From Octopus vulgaris (lineage: Eukaryota), in NCBI GenBank assembly GCA_951406725.2, contig OX597819.1, positions 1,364,001-1,428,000 on the forward strand: DNA of 64,000 nucleotides, written 5' to 3'. How positions within the stretch are numbered: position 1 is the first letter of the stretch; each line of letters starts with the position of its first letter. Positions 39,218-52,554 of the stretch are shown piece by piece. The notes below the pieces were generated by a model. It was not told the DNA's origin. It did not search any database and saw nothing but the letters and a program-made list of their open reading frames with translations. Both the position numbers and the translations under genes were made by a program.

Positions 39218-41285
39218 GGAATAAACAACTTTTAAATATTTCCATCTTCACTTAGATTGTTTTCAGGTTCTTTATTTTTAGATATATTATTAGACTCGAA
39301 AAAAGAAACCGTTATCCAAACCAATGCTCACTATACCAATAAATCGATATTCATTTTAATGCCATTTAAATGTATTTTTACCAAGACAGCTACGTTGCTA
39401 TCTGCACCGGGCTGACATCAGCTCAACACAGATTTTCAGTAAGCTCTGTATATACGGCCTCATTTTGTTTTCTAAGTTTTCACTGTATTTATTAATTATG
39501 GACATATTACTCCATAGTGTTATATAACTTCCTTTGTTGCACTATATGTTTGACTGTTTCTAACTTTGATACTTAATTTTTCATAAAGCATAGCACTGAC
39601 ATCAGTTGAATATAGCTGCCTGTTGTAAAAAAGAAATTTAGGTAAAAAGCAAAATATAGTATTAAAAATGTACATCTTGGTTTAGAAAGGTGTGTTGTAG
39701 TTCGAATCCAGACCGAGATTATGTCAAATATAGGAAAAAACGCTCTATAACAATCGAAATGTAGAGTAGATGTAAATATGAAAAAAAAAAAAGGAGAAAA
39801 TTTCGTCTTTAAATATGAAATTGATATTCCCAAAATTTAGAAATGCATTAACAATAACTCATCTCAGACATTTAAACATTTAGTATTCAGTCGTTCTTCA
39901 AAAACTTCATATATTTTTTTGCGCGTGTATGTGTGTAAATGGATAATTTATATATTATTACTGATGAATGAATAGAGTTATAGTTTCGACAGAAGAGGTA
40001 ATTTCAAATGTATAAGAAACTACATTTTCCCCGTTGAACAGAATTGTGCATAGACAATGGAAACGTTCTTTAAAATTCTCGACTTCATTGACGTCTTTGA
40101 ACAGCCTCACAAAGGCCGACAAACGACTGACTCATATTATCCACTGGAAGGTCATAATGTTCAACGAAGGGCAATTTCTCAGGCTTATGGATCTACTACA
40201 TTGACTCTAATTTATTTAGATTATAGCCATGTTAAATATAATTACAGCCAATGTTTGCGATCAATATCAGTTTGTCTTTATCCGTATAAAACACCAATAT
40301 TTGATCCCGAATTAATTGTTATGAATTAAATTATTAAATCTACTTCCAAATTGATACATTTTAGTTAGCAATGCAAGTAAGAAATTTGACGCCTAAGATA
40401 ATCTAATTGTGATGGCCTTTGACAATTATTTTCTTCTGAAGACTTTTTAGGTAATATTTTCCTTTCCTTTATAAATGAATAAGAATTTGATATTATTATT
40501 AACATTCACTAAAAAGTTATACATTCACTAAAAAGAGAAGAAAAGGAATCTCAACTTTTTATGAGAGTCAAATAAAAAATTTTCTATTCAAACTAAAAAT
40601 TATTATTTAAATTTGATTAAATGATGAGTGTTTACTCCAATTTGCTTCAAGACTAAACATATTCATTTTATTCGAGCAAAAACAAATATTGTTTCAGTTT
40701 TGTACAGATACACACATAAATGAAACAGAAGTCAATATCAATCATTGAATTTACAAATATATATTTTTAGCCAACCGTAGCTTTTCTCAAGGTCTATACT
40801 AAAGTTATACAGCACGCATACCCAGCATTCCTCAATAATGATTGCACTGCACGTAGTATCCCTTTAGTTAAAGCTGTCGCATTTTCTGTTCGTTTTCTTT
40901 TCAATTCCAACAAGAAAAAACATAATCTCCAAGGGCAAAACTTCTATAATCACTGCAACCCAACAAGGTTAATAATCCTGATAATGATTATGCCATTAAT
41001 TTGAAACAGCAATCTCCCTAGATAGATTTCTGATCTAATTAAACTCTTCAAACTTTATCGTATACTATGGAGTCACACAAATGATTTCAATTTCGAAGAA
41101 AAGTAATCTGTCAACTGCTATTATATATATTATCTCCAGTATAGCAGAAACTATACAAACATGTAAATACCTACTTTATTTAGAACCTGGAAAAGTCATC
41201 ATTATTTTGAGTTATTTATGTACAGACACACACATAAATGAAATAGAAGTTTATATTAATTATTGAATTTATAAATATATATAAC

Positions 41286-41450
41286 TTTTTTCTATTTTCT
41301 CTCCCTGTATATTTCTGTGTTTCCTTTCTGTAGAAGAGCGTAGGCTCGAAACATAAAAGACTTTCTCACTTCCCAAGCGTTAAACTAATACATCTGTTTG
41401 TTGTTTACACACCCGTCTTCGTCTTTTGTGATTTTTGTAAATTTTCATAG
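41286..41450 (+). mobile_element. Second copy of the pLTR-type repeat, hammerhead-like motif at 41324-41359
   Basis: CTTT-CTGTAGA-AGAGCGTAGGCTC-GAAAC-ATA-AAAG; homologous to 15050-15255. Confidence 0.65.
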
Positions 41451-43234
41451 GAGTAGATCTACTATGACTGGCTTTTTTTTTTGTACGTCCTATCAACACT
41501 CTCTTGTTTTGACGTGGTCTTCGAACACGAGGTACACCGTTTCTCACCGCCTGATACGAAAGCTTTCTTTCAGATCGCTCTCTGCAAAGTACCTGAGATT
41601 TTATTTACTTCGGTGTGCTCTTAAGCGCTTTTTCTGTACAGCAATGACATATTTGATTATCTTTAGCTACGTGCAGTCCTACAAACCTACATTTTCTTTG
41701 CACTTTCACACATAAACATATCTACATGAAACCTCATGCAAGAGCGGATGCTCCAAAAGCAAATTACTTACTTTTAGCAATACTAAGATATCTATAATGG
41801 TTACACGATATTGATAGCACCGAAGAACCTTATCAATACTCGGCTGAAACTCTAAAATTTCTACAAATGTTACATAACATATTTAACATAAGAGCTGCAT
41901 GAGAAATAGGCTTTCTCTTCAGATTCAGAAAACATTCCACCTGGTCGTCTACAAAAATCCATATACGTTCAACATTATTGCTGATGTTCGTGGATCACTA
42001 CTTTCTCAAAGGTCATTCGTCTGACTGTCAAATATTAGCTTACACTACAGCCATTAGCTTCCGGTTTTTTCTTTCTCTCTGCAACAATCTCTGCCGTGTG
42101 CAACTTCTGCGCATGTCTAGTCGATGGACCTGACTCGTCTCATTCCATCTATAGTTCACTTCCTATGCATGCATAAAAACTACAGCTTTATGAACTCACT
42201 TCCCGAGCTGGGGAATATAAACATCTTTAACCTTTGATCTGCGTAATTAAACTCATTGGCCATTCCCGTAATGATGTTAATTATCCACCAGAAAATAGAA
42301 TTAATATTTTCTTCTCCTGCAGTATCAGTATCTTCTTTAGGTACGGTTTTTAATATACACAATTAAAAGTATTTGATTATCACTCCGTAAAAAGATATTT
42401 GATGAAATATGTGGAAACATTAAAAAAAATTTCAAAAATTGTCTTTTGTAAAAAGGGTCACTGAGCATGTCTCCGCTTCTTGTAGTATTTGGAGAGATGT
42501 TTTCAAAAGCACCGTAGTTAACGGAAATAAAATTTTGAGCAGCTCTATCCGCTGGCAGCATTCAGAGGGTTAAACATCTTTATTACTTAACCAGGTCCAG
42601 TACTATTATCCCCTTGGTTTTATCATTAACATAATCCTTTCTATTATAGGTGAACACAGAGGATGATGCAATCGACTTATCTCCTCCTCCTCCCAACTGG
42701 CTGGCCTTGGGACAAAATTTGAAACCAATATGTTAGCATGATTTAAATGAAAATAACTGAATGTAATATAGTAGATATAATTAGAATAGGATCTAAAAAA
42801 AATTTAATTCCATAAGTATGAAAATTATAATAATTTAGTTTATAACTATAATTGTAGTTATTCAGAAACATAAGAGAAAATAATAATATTATTCAAAAAC
42901 AAATATAAATTGTCGTCTTCCTTTCTTACTAATCACTATTTCTTTTAAAATAACAAGGTAAATATTTACAAGGGAGAGGCAAATTTAACAAAAATTATGA
43001 CCAGTTTATTATTCGAACGTTTAATGTATACAACAAAATATATTTATCTCTCTCTGAACATCTTTAAAATTTTATCTATTAAAAAAAAATTCTGAATAAC
43101 GAAATACATGACAGACTCGTGTGTTAATTGCAGTCTCACATTATACTGAGTAGGGTGAGTCTGAAAATGTGTTATTACATACCGCAGCCAAGGCAACAAT
43201 CTGTTTCGAAAAAATCATTGGAATATTTGTTCCA

Positions 43235-43386
43235 GCGTTTCACGTTCAGGTTTCAAATCTCTCGAAGATCAACTTTATATTTCATTTCTTGGGGAGGGGG
43301 GAGTCGATAAAGTAAAGTACCAAGCAAGTATTGGGATCCACTAACCCTCAAAATTGCTGGCGTCGTACCTAAATTAGAAACCATTA
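43235..43386 (+). mobile_element. SINE family B fragment, diverged
   Basis: CGTTCAGGTTTCAAAT...GTCGATAAA..AAGTACC...AATTAGAAACCA. Confidence 0.6.
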
Positions 43387-44149
43387 ATACATACTTCAAC
43401 TCCTTTTACGTTAGACAAAAAGCAACTTATATTAAGAGGAAAGTTAACAGTCAATGCGAGAAAGGGGTTTATTTACATGCAACGCTTAGTTGGTTGCTGC
43501 TACAATATCTTCTTTGATAGCTTAGTACATTATACTGCTATTATTCATTCCGCTGTTCCAGTAGCTACTGTAATTGATATCTACGAGATCGAACCATTAA
43601 AGTACTTAAATATTGTATTTTGGTGGGGAACATCTTTTAGTGAATGCTATTTCATTACACGTCTTTAATGTAGGTATCATTTTCATCTTTAACGCAACAA
43701 TAAATAATACGATTAATTTGTGGTAGAAGCAATTCTCTTATCGATATCTAACACAGCATCTTTAACTTTAGTATCTTAGAAGAAGTAGCGGTAGTAGAAG
43801 TGCAATAGGATACGCAATAGTATCTTTTAGTGTAGCAGCAGCAACAATGGCAGTAACAGAAACAACATTAGCATTCGCAACGGCAGTAAAACATGTAGTA
43901 ACTACATTAACAATTACAGGTAAACTTCAGTATATCACTTTTATAAGGCATTCTGGAGACATGCGACAGTCTGAAAGCGTAAGATATAAAATAGAAACAT
44001 GGTTGCAATTACATAATATACTGTCACCTAATCATCTGGTTTTAAAATTCCCAACTATTTATTACCACTTTTTTTTTTATCTAAAAGAAATTCGTTCGAC
44101 AGCATCTATTTTAAATTGCAAACCTTGGCACTTCTTAAAGAGGACAAAG

Positions 44150-44460
44150 TAGTTACAGGGTTGCAGAACAAGTGGAGGTGATAATGGTTTTGTGTTTTGT
44201 TAGGTGTATGAGTCGATCTTGACTGTGTTAGCTGCTGATCTGTTTGTGTGCACTTGCACTTACAAAAGCTGTATTGGTTGACCTCAACGATGCGACATTA
44301 CAGTGTCCTCTGCAAGGCAATAACCTGAGCAAGGTTGTATCGAAGATCACTAGCTGCACATCCAGTAGGTTTTCCTTTCCTACAACTCCAATGTTATCCA
44401 AGGGAAGAACAAGAATTAACACAGCTTGGCACCAGCATCGTCACAGAAATTGCGGAAATG
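44150..44460 (+). mobile_element. Possible RTE/BovB-like 5' UTR fragment
   Basis: ACAGCTTGGCACCAGCATCGTCACAG resembles a recalled RTE-clade 5' UTR motif; not searched. Confidence 0.3.
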
Positions 44461-44748
44461 AAGTCAAAGACTATATCAGACTACTTTAGGGATTCCTGCT
44501 CCTAATATGTAGACCATTAAATAAACGCTAGTACTTGCTTGGAGCTAGTAATTTCTTTCCATCGGATCCGGAAGGATGAAAGGCAAAGCTGACCTTGGAT
44601 GAAATAAACACTACATAACATTTATCCGATGATCTAATGATCCTGCCTTATTAAAATATATCTGAACATAATATCAGACTGCTAACGTGTCTTTGAACAT
44701 CCACATGTACGCCATGCTCTCAATGACTACATAAGTTTTTTATGTCCT

Positions 44749-45139
44749 TTTCTAATCTAGGCACAAGGCCCGAACCTTTTGGGGAGGGGGTCAGTCGATT
44801 AGATCTACTTCAGTATGCAACTGGTACTTAATTTATCGACCCCGAAAGGATGAAAGGCAAAGTCGACCTTGGCGGAATTTGATCTCAGATAATAAAGACA
44901 AATAAAATACCTATTTCTTTACTACCCACAAGGGGCTAAACACAGAGGGGACAAACAAGGACAGACAAACGGATTAAGTCGATTACATCGACCCCAGTGC
45001 GTAACTGGTACTTAATTTACCGACCCCGAAAGGATGAAAGGCAAAGTCGACCTTGGTGGAATTTGAACTCAGAACGGCAGACGAAATACGGCCACGCATT
45101 TCGCCCGGCGTGCTAACGTTTCTGCCAGCTCGCTGCCTT
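44749..45139 (-). mobile_element. SINE family B, dimeric
   Basis: Reverse complement of the 27002 element. Confidence 0.92.
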
Positions 45140-46186
45140 ATTAAAATATATATGAACATAATATCAGACTGCTAATATGACTTTGAATATCCACCAGACA
45201 ACTGTATTACAGTTTACATAGTAGAGAGACTACCATTCTCTCTTCTCAGATCAGATAACCGCACTCTTATTTTATCTCTAAACAATATTTCATAAGTCAC
45301 TTAGTGCTAGCAGAATAAATTAAACTAATATCCAAACAGAGAGGTATCTGACCTCAGTTCAATGAATTAACTGCTTAGAGTTTAACGCAAATTACATTAT
45401 ACGCACCAATTTCTGATAGGTAACTGACCTACGATGTTTATGATAGAAAATAGAATATAAGATGTATTGATCTGTTGACCTAGAAATATGGAAGGAGGTG
45501 TCTGTCAAATGATAAGATCACTTTCTCATCAATGCGTCCTACTGATCTACTGTAAATATCATGCAATATCAACTAAAAGCTAAACCCCGAATGCCGGTGG
45601 CGGTTTAAGAGCCAATGCTTGGCTTTGCTTTCCTTGCATAGGACAACTGTCTACTGCAAATAATATTCTCGGGTGGTCTGTTATCTACACCCAACTAAGT
45701 GAACTAAGACACTGTAGAGTAATGTATTCTGCTCAGAGTCCAAAGGTGTGTTGGAATTCACTTTGGTCCAATTCTGAATTTGATGTCTACGAATTTTTTG
45801 TACCTTATCGTTTCCAAACAGTAAATATGCAGCTATTATTCTGTTAAGTATCAGTATTAGTTCATAAGAAATTAACCAGGGCTGTTTGAGGATTTTGGAA
45901 TAAACAATGTAGAGAGACTAATTCGATGGTTGAACTGGAAGTTAAGAGTAGAGGTGTATTGTAGGGTATGTGATGCATTTAAACTATTGAACTATTACTT
46001 CTGTTAGACACACACCACTCAGTGTAAAACATAGGTACTATACTAGGACACTTGAATTTACAGACTTCAGTTTATGCTGTGCATAAAAATGTCCGTCGTT
46101 CCTTCTGAGTTGCATAATATAATCCTAAATAGTAGCACTCCATTTTCAGTACGCCATGGTCACAATGACTACATAAGTTCTTTATA

Positions 46187-46575
46187 TTCTTTTCTACTCT
46201 AGGCACAAGGCCCGAAATTTTTGGGGAGGGGCTCAGTCGATTAAATCGACTTCAGTATGCAACTGGTACTTAATTTATCGACCCCGAAAGGTTGAAAGGC
46301 AAAGTCGACCTTGGCGGAATTTGAACTCAGAGAATAAAGACAGACGAAATACCTATTTCTTTACTACCCATACGGGGGTAAACACAGAGGGGACAAACAA
46401 GGACAGACAAACGGATTAAGTCGATTATATTGGCCCCAGTGCGTAACTGGTACTTATTTAATCGACCCCAAAAGGATGAAAGGCAAAGTCGAATTTGTAC
46501 TCAGAACGTAGCGGCAGACGAAATACCGCTAAGCATTTCGCCCGTATACTCACGTTTCTGCCAGCTCACCGCCTT
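46187..46575 (-). mobile_element. SINE family B, dimeric
   Basis: Reverse complement of the 27002 element. Confidence 0.92.
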
Positions 46576-46606
46576 AAACTAGTTCTTTATATTACAATAT
46601 AAAGAA

Positions 46607-46761
46607 CTTATTAAACTGGAAAATTAAGAACCAATGAACCGTAGAAATTAGGAGAAGAGTTCATACTTATCTTCCTTTGATAATTATCAATGGAAGATAA
46701 AAATGAACTCTTTTTCCTAATTTCTACGGTTCATTGGTTCTTAATTTTCCAGTTTAATAAG
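46607..46761. repeat. 155-bp near-perfect palindrome
   Basis: Arms CTTATTAAACTGGAAAATTAAGAACCAATGAACCGTAGAAATTAGG / CCTAATTTCTACGGTTCATTGGTTCTTAATTTTCCAGTTTAATAAG, centre TGATAATTATCA. Confidence 0.95.
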
Positions 46762-47012
46762 GCAAGTTTTTAAAAATTTTATTTCGGAAGATCCACTATT
46801 TCATTTTTCTTAAAGGTAGTATCAAGTCTGTGGTTAAGAGCATTCTCGTTCTTTTTAAACATATTTTATTTCAGATTACTGTATTGTCTATATCTTTCCT
46901 TTTTTAAAGTCGATCTCCGGTTGAAACTTCGTCGAGATTAGCCTTGATTTATTTCCATTAACATAGTTGATTTAAAGATGTAACCACTGACTCTGCTTTT
47001 GAGAAAGACCTA

Positions 47013-48289
47013 TCAAATCATCCCATAAGTGCTGTCCAAATTTTAAATAAAGAAAACAAGTGATCAACTGTTATATTTAATTGAAATCTAATCATCAATG
47101 TACTTTCCCTGATTATCTATGACTTCCTTCCATCTATTTACAAGCTTTTTAATCCCATCAATGTAAAACTCTTTTGGTTTCAAAGCGAAGAACTCTGAAA
47201 TGTCAGTTTCAACCTCCCACAGGCTTGCGAAAGTTATGTCCCCCAAATGATTCTGTAAACTACGAAACAAATAGTAGTCTGAAGGAGCAAGGTCGGGACA
47301 ATAAGGTGGATGAAGAATTTTTTCCCAACCAAACTCTTCGATTTTCTGTGATGCGATCTTTGCAGTGTGGGGCCGCGCATTGTCCTGATGAAACATCACT
47401 CCTTTTTATTCACTAAAATGGGTCTTTTTTTCTTCAAAGCTTGGTTCAAACGCTCTAATTGCTGACAGTAGACTTGAACATTGATTGTTGCATTAGGTGG
47501 TAACAATTCAAAGTGAATTATTCCTCTGCAATCCCACCAGATAGAGAGAAGAACCTTTTCCTCATGAAGTTCTCTTCTCAGTTGTGGTTGAGCTTTTTTC
47601 CTTTTGCCAAGCCACTGTTTACGACGTTTAACATTTCGATAGAAGATCCATTTTTCGTTACCAGTCACAAGTCTATCCAAAAAGGGTGAAATGAGTTCGC
47701 GAGAATGGAGAGAAGAGCAGATATCAACTCGGGATCTGCGGTTGCTTTTAGACAATTCATGAGGCACCCATTTTCCAAGTTTAGGAACCTTTTCAAGTTG
47801 TTGAAGATGACGATGAACAGTTGTATGGTTTGAACTAAGCTTTATTGCCAATTCTTCAACTGATAATGCAGAATTTTCTTCAAGTAATGCCTCAAGGAGC
47901 TTATCATCAAACTCAACTGGACGTCTTCATTTCCAAGGCTGAAATCTCCACTTCTGAATTTTGCAAACCATCTTCTGCAAGTTCTTTCATTCAAGCACTC
48001 TTTCCCATAAGCTGAGTGTATGTTTCGAGTCGCTTCGGCTGCAGAGTTTCCTTTTTTTGTACTCGTAAAGCATTATGTGCCTCAAATGCTCTTTAGATAC
48101 TTCCATGTTAGAAATGGTTTTAATCAAAGAAATTTTAATTCTATTATTCTGTAAAATAATATTTAATTAGTTTAAATGTACACAAATGCATAAAAATAAT
48201 TTTAAATTCCATTAGACATTCTAAGATACTATTAAATTCCATTCAATTTTAAAAAGGTAAAATTGGACAGTACTTATGGGATGACTTGA
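47013..48289 (-). mobile_element. Mariner (DD34D, cecropia/Hsmar1-like) transposon, full length, pseudogenised
   Basis: TIRs TCAAATCATCCCATAAGTGCTGTCC / GGACAGTACTTATGGGATGACTTGA; transposase 48106 to 47088 with WVPHEL, VTGNEKW (first D changed to N), HQDNARPH, YCPDLAPSDYYLF. Confidence 0.96.
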
Positions 48290-48535
48290 TGTTTTTATGA
48301 AGCAAATTTTATGATTAGCGGAGTCTAGCTGAGTGTATCAACTCCAACTATAAACTAGAGTATATCAAAGAAACAAAAGTTAAACACAATTTGTAGACGA
48401 TTTACGCATTTTTAATTTTGATTTTTATGGACTACTTTCTGAATGCCCTCAATTTCTATATGTTAGCCATGCTGTGCAACTGTGGATCCGAAAAGTTAAT
48501 GCTTGCATTTACTTATTATGAATATATTACTTCCG

Positions 48536-48537
<2 letters not shown>

Positions 48538-48613
<76 letters not shown>
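48538..48613. repeat. (CA)n microsatellite
   Basis: Direct reading. Confidence 0.97.
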
Positions 48614-48617
<4 letters not shown>

Positions 48618-48707
48618 CAAATATTACATTTGCTGTATGAATATATGATTTCATACCATACCTTTAGGTCAATTTATTTATCTCTGCAATATTTGATTTA
48701 CTAGAAA

Positions 48708-48856
48708 GGTAGTGTGGTAAGTAGCTTGCTTACCAACCACATGGTTCCGGGATCAGTCCCACTGCGTGACACCTTGGACAAGTGTCTTACTATAGCCTCG
48801 GGCAGACCAAAGCCTTGTGAGTGGATTTGGTAGAGGGAAACTGAAAGAAGCCTGTC

Positions 48857-48896
<40 letters not shown>

Positions 48897-49108
48897 GTGT
48901 GTGTGTGTTTGTGTGTCTGTGTTTGTCCCCCCAACATCACTTGACAACTGATGCTGGTGTGTTTACGTCCCTGTAACTTAGCGGTTCGACAAAAGACTGG
49001 GAGAATAAGTACTACGCTTACAAAGAATAAGTCCTGGGGTCGATCTACTCGACTAAAGGCGTTGCTCCAGCATGGCCGCAGTCAAATGACTGAAACAAGT
49101 AAAAGAGT
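48708..49108 (+). mobile_element. SINE family A
   Basis: Colinear with 4967-5397. Confidence 0.9.
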
Positions 49109-49189
49109 TGTCTTACTCTTAGTTTTAGCGAAAATCTGTTGCAGACACTTTCTCTACTCCATTTCTCATTGCATGCATGCATCTATCTG

Positions 49190-49254
<65 letters not shown>

Positions 49255-49259
<5 letters not shown>

Positions 49260-51266
49260 AAGCTTTCGATAGGGTAGACCATCGATACTCAGAGCGGCTG
49301 GTTTCGGTCCCGTCTTCTGCGGCTGCATAGCCGCTTTGTACAGAGGCATCCGTTCGGTAATTCGCGTAAATGGACATCTATCGATACCTTTCGACATCGC
49401 ACGTTCGGTCCGTCGCTTCTATACGTATTGACTCTCGAGCCATAATTGCGGAAGCTGGCAACTCTGAGGGGCATCTCGCGAGAACTGGGATGCGGGACGA
49501 GCGTGTCTGCATACGCGGACAACGTCACCGTCATAGTGTCTAGCCACGAGCACATCGAACAGGTTGGCGAGACACTGAAAAACTACGAAGCGGTGACAGG
49601 AACGAAAATCAACCGGGAAAAATCAGTGGGCTTGCGACTCGGCACCTGGAGAAGCAAGCTCATGCCGTCCACCAGCGCCTCCGTCGTGGGAAGCTGGGCC
49701 GACAGTCCGGTCGAGTTGCTCGGGGTCTGGTTTGGTCCGGACCTCCAAATGGAGAAGAACTGGAACGAGATAACGAGTAGGGTGGTCACTCTCGCCCGGC
49801 AATGGGCCGAGAGGAAACTGTCCCTAAAAGGTCAGGCGGAGGTGGCGAACTCGTACATCGCGTCCGTCGTGACCATCGTGCCTTGTCCCGATCCTACCAT
49901 CACCAAACTAGAACGCATTCTCTTTCGCTTCTTGTGGAAAGGATGCGTCCCGATGGTCAGGCGATCCATTTGCTGTCAACACCCGTTAAAAGGAAGGCTG
50001 GGCATGCCGTGGTTGATGATGCACAGACACGCGCTGAGACTGCGACATCTCAGGCTCCACGTAGACGACGGTGAACAGGTGTGGTCGCCGTTTGTGAGGC
50101 GCGCTTTCCCGCAGCTCGTCTCCATGACCGAACTGCAGTCGTGGATCAAAAAGAGGCCGAGAAAGGGCGAATGGCACCGCGAGTGTCGCGTTGCTCTCAA
50201 GCAACTCTGCCGTCCCGGGTCGACCTTGAGTGACTCCAACACAACCCAAGCATTCTATAGGGGATTAGTGGAGGGGAGGTACGATGACGAGCTCGGGGCG
50301 AACCTGGACGTCGACGAGGAATACCTGACCCGCCTGTTCAGGACGACTTTCGGGCCAGGGCCCATGGACAACTTCCAGAGATCCCTGGCCTGGCAGTGCT
50401 ACCGAGAAGCGCTACTCGTTCGGGATAAGCTCTACAGACACGGCTCGAGAAACACGGGGCCGACCTGCCCGAGATGCGGTCAGAGCGACGAAACCGTTCT
50501 GCACGCACTCGTGCAGTGTCCAACAATTTCCGACCTGTGGGCTTACGTCGAACAACTGCTGTCGCGTGTGGGACGAGTCGGTTTATCAGCCGAGTCTATT
50601 GTCAATATTGTCACGCCTCCTTCCTTCAAACGGGAAGGAAGAGCTATTTTCATCATCCTTGTGGCTATGGCGAAAGAATGTATCTGGTGGATGCGTCTGA
50701 AAGGATTAGAGACAAACACTTTCTTCTCTGGTCAATCTCTCATCAACTTCTTCAAGTATCACTTGAAAAGGAAAGTGAGAGTAGAGAGGCAATTTTTGTC
50801 TAGCGAATGTTTTAAAAAAAGATGGGTGAACGTAGCAAGGATGGCATGTATGAATGACGAAGCCACCTTGAGCATAATCCTACGAACCCGGAAATTGAAA
50901 ACAGAGGGTTACCCACTTGCAAGCAAATGAGGTAACATGTAACAATATTGACCGAAGTTACCGTGGTCTTTTTCGTAGGCTTTTCTTCCCACGGATAAAC
51001 CTTATCTGCTTCCCCCTTTTTACCGTACATTATGACACTGTCCCTATTGATCGTTTTTTTTCTTTTTCCCCTTTTTTCCTTTTTTTTCCTCCTTTTTTCC
51101 TTTTTCTTTTCTTTTGTTTCTTTTCCTTTTTTTATTTTTTTTCTTCTTTCCCTTTTACGATCCTTTTTGATCGAAAACTTATCCCACTTTTTTTTCCAAA
51201 AAAAGAAAGGTTCTACTTTGTAATCTGTCCCGTTGTATGCAGCCCTGTGTGGCTAATAAAGAAACA
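49255..51266 (+). mobile_element. L1/Tx1-clade LINE, 5'-truncated (RT C-half, CCHC and 3' UTR)
   Basis: AFDRVDH, SAYADNV (YADD-like), KINREKS, LLGVWF, LSLKG, CPRC...ETVLHALVQC; T-rich 3' UTR with AATAAA at ~51255; ORF 49446-50930 is open. Confidence 0.92.
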
Positions 51267-51267
<1 letters not shown>

Positions 51268-51323
<56 letters not shown>

Positions 51324-51545
51324 GTATGTATGTATGTATGTATGTATGTATGTATGTATGTATGTATGTATGTATGTATCTCTCTCTCACTCTCTCTCTC
51401 TCTATCTGTCTGTCTGTCTGTCTATCTATTTTTCTTTCTTTCTTTCTTCTTCTTCTTCTTCTTCTTCTTCTTCTTCTTCTTCTTCTCTTCCTCCTCCTCT
51501 TCCTCCCCCCTCCTCCTCTTCTTCTTCATCGTCGTTGTTATCCTC
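51268..51545. repeat. Compound microsatellite (TC)n(TATG)n(TCTG)n(TTC)n
   Basis: Direct reading. Confidence 0.95.
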
Positions 51546-52554
51546 GTCTCGTCATCGTAGTCATCGTCATACTCATATTGCCAGATAATTCGCTCAGTTA
51601 GATCGTCTCCATACTCTAGCCATAAAAAATATTTCTGTGTGGTATTTCGTTTGTGTTAAATATCTTAATCGGCTTAATATAGGCGTTATCTAATCTGTTT
51701 TTAGAAAGCTGAATATTTAAATACTGCTGTGAGTCTTGAGTGTATACATCCTGAAATTAGAAGTTTTTTTTTTCTTTCTATGCAACTACATCTTTCACAA
51801 CCGTGAAATAGTTATTAAGTTGTTTATCACGACACAGTAATATGAAGAGCTTCAATTTTATAATAGCCACGGTCATATAAAGCGAGTGAGCACTACACGC
51901 ATACATGCACAGCGCATGCGCTCTCACACACAAGCACGTAAGCCGACACACGAACTGAAACATACACGTGTGTGAGCATACTTAACAGGCATGAGCATAC
52001 ATGTTTCTACTCAAACGGAGATTCTACCTCACAGAGTGAACTGATGTTCTGGCGATGATGTGAGGAAATAAACGAAGAATAAAGAACGGATATGTCTGCT
52101 TGACGTTATTTCTCCGTAATATCTAGATTATTCTCATCAAGCAAGCTGGCTTGATGCCGACGAGAGAATGAAGAATGAATTTGTCAATTTGAATATCTCT
52201 ATCTCTCCCAGTTTGTGTTTGTGTGTGTTTGTGTGTGTGTGCGTGCGTGTGTGTGTATGTGCGTGCGTATGTGTATGTGTGTTTGTGTAAATGTGTATGT
52301 GTGTATGTGTGTATGTGTAAATGTGTGAGTACAAAGAGAGACAGGTCAGGAGCTGTGAAAGAGAATGAAAGAGAGAAAGTGAGAAAGAAAGAAAGAGAAA
52401 GAAAGAGAGATAGAGTGTGAGAGAAGGAGGGAAGAAGGCAGGGAAGGAAGCAGAGAGAAACGGAAGAAATTTACGATTAAAATGATTTGGTTGACACTCG
52501 CAGAAATACAAAGAGTTAATTATGACGGTTCTACCATTGTTCTTCTTGGAAATA

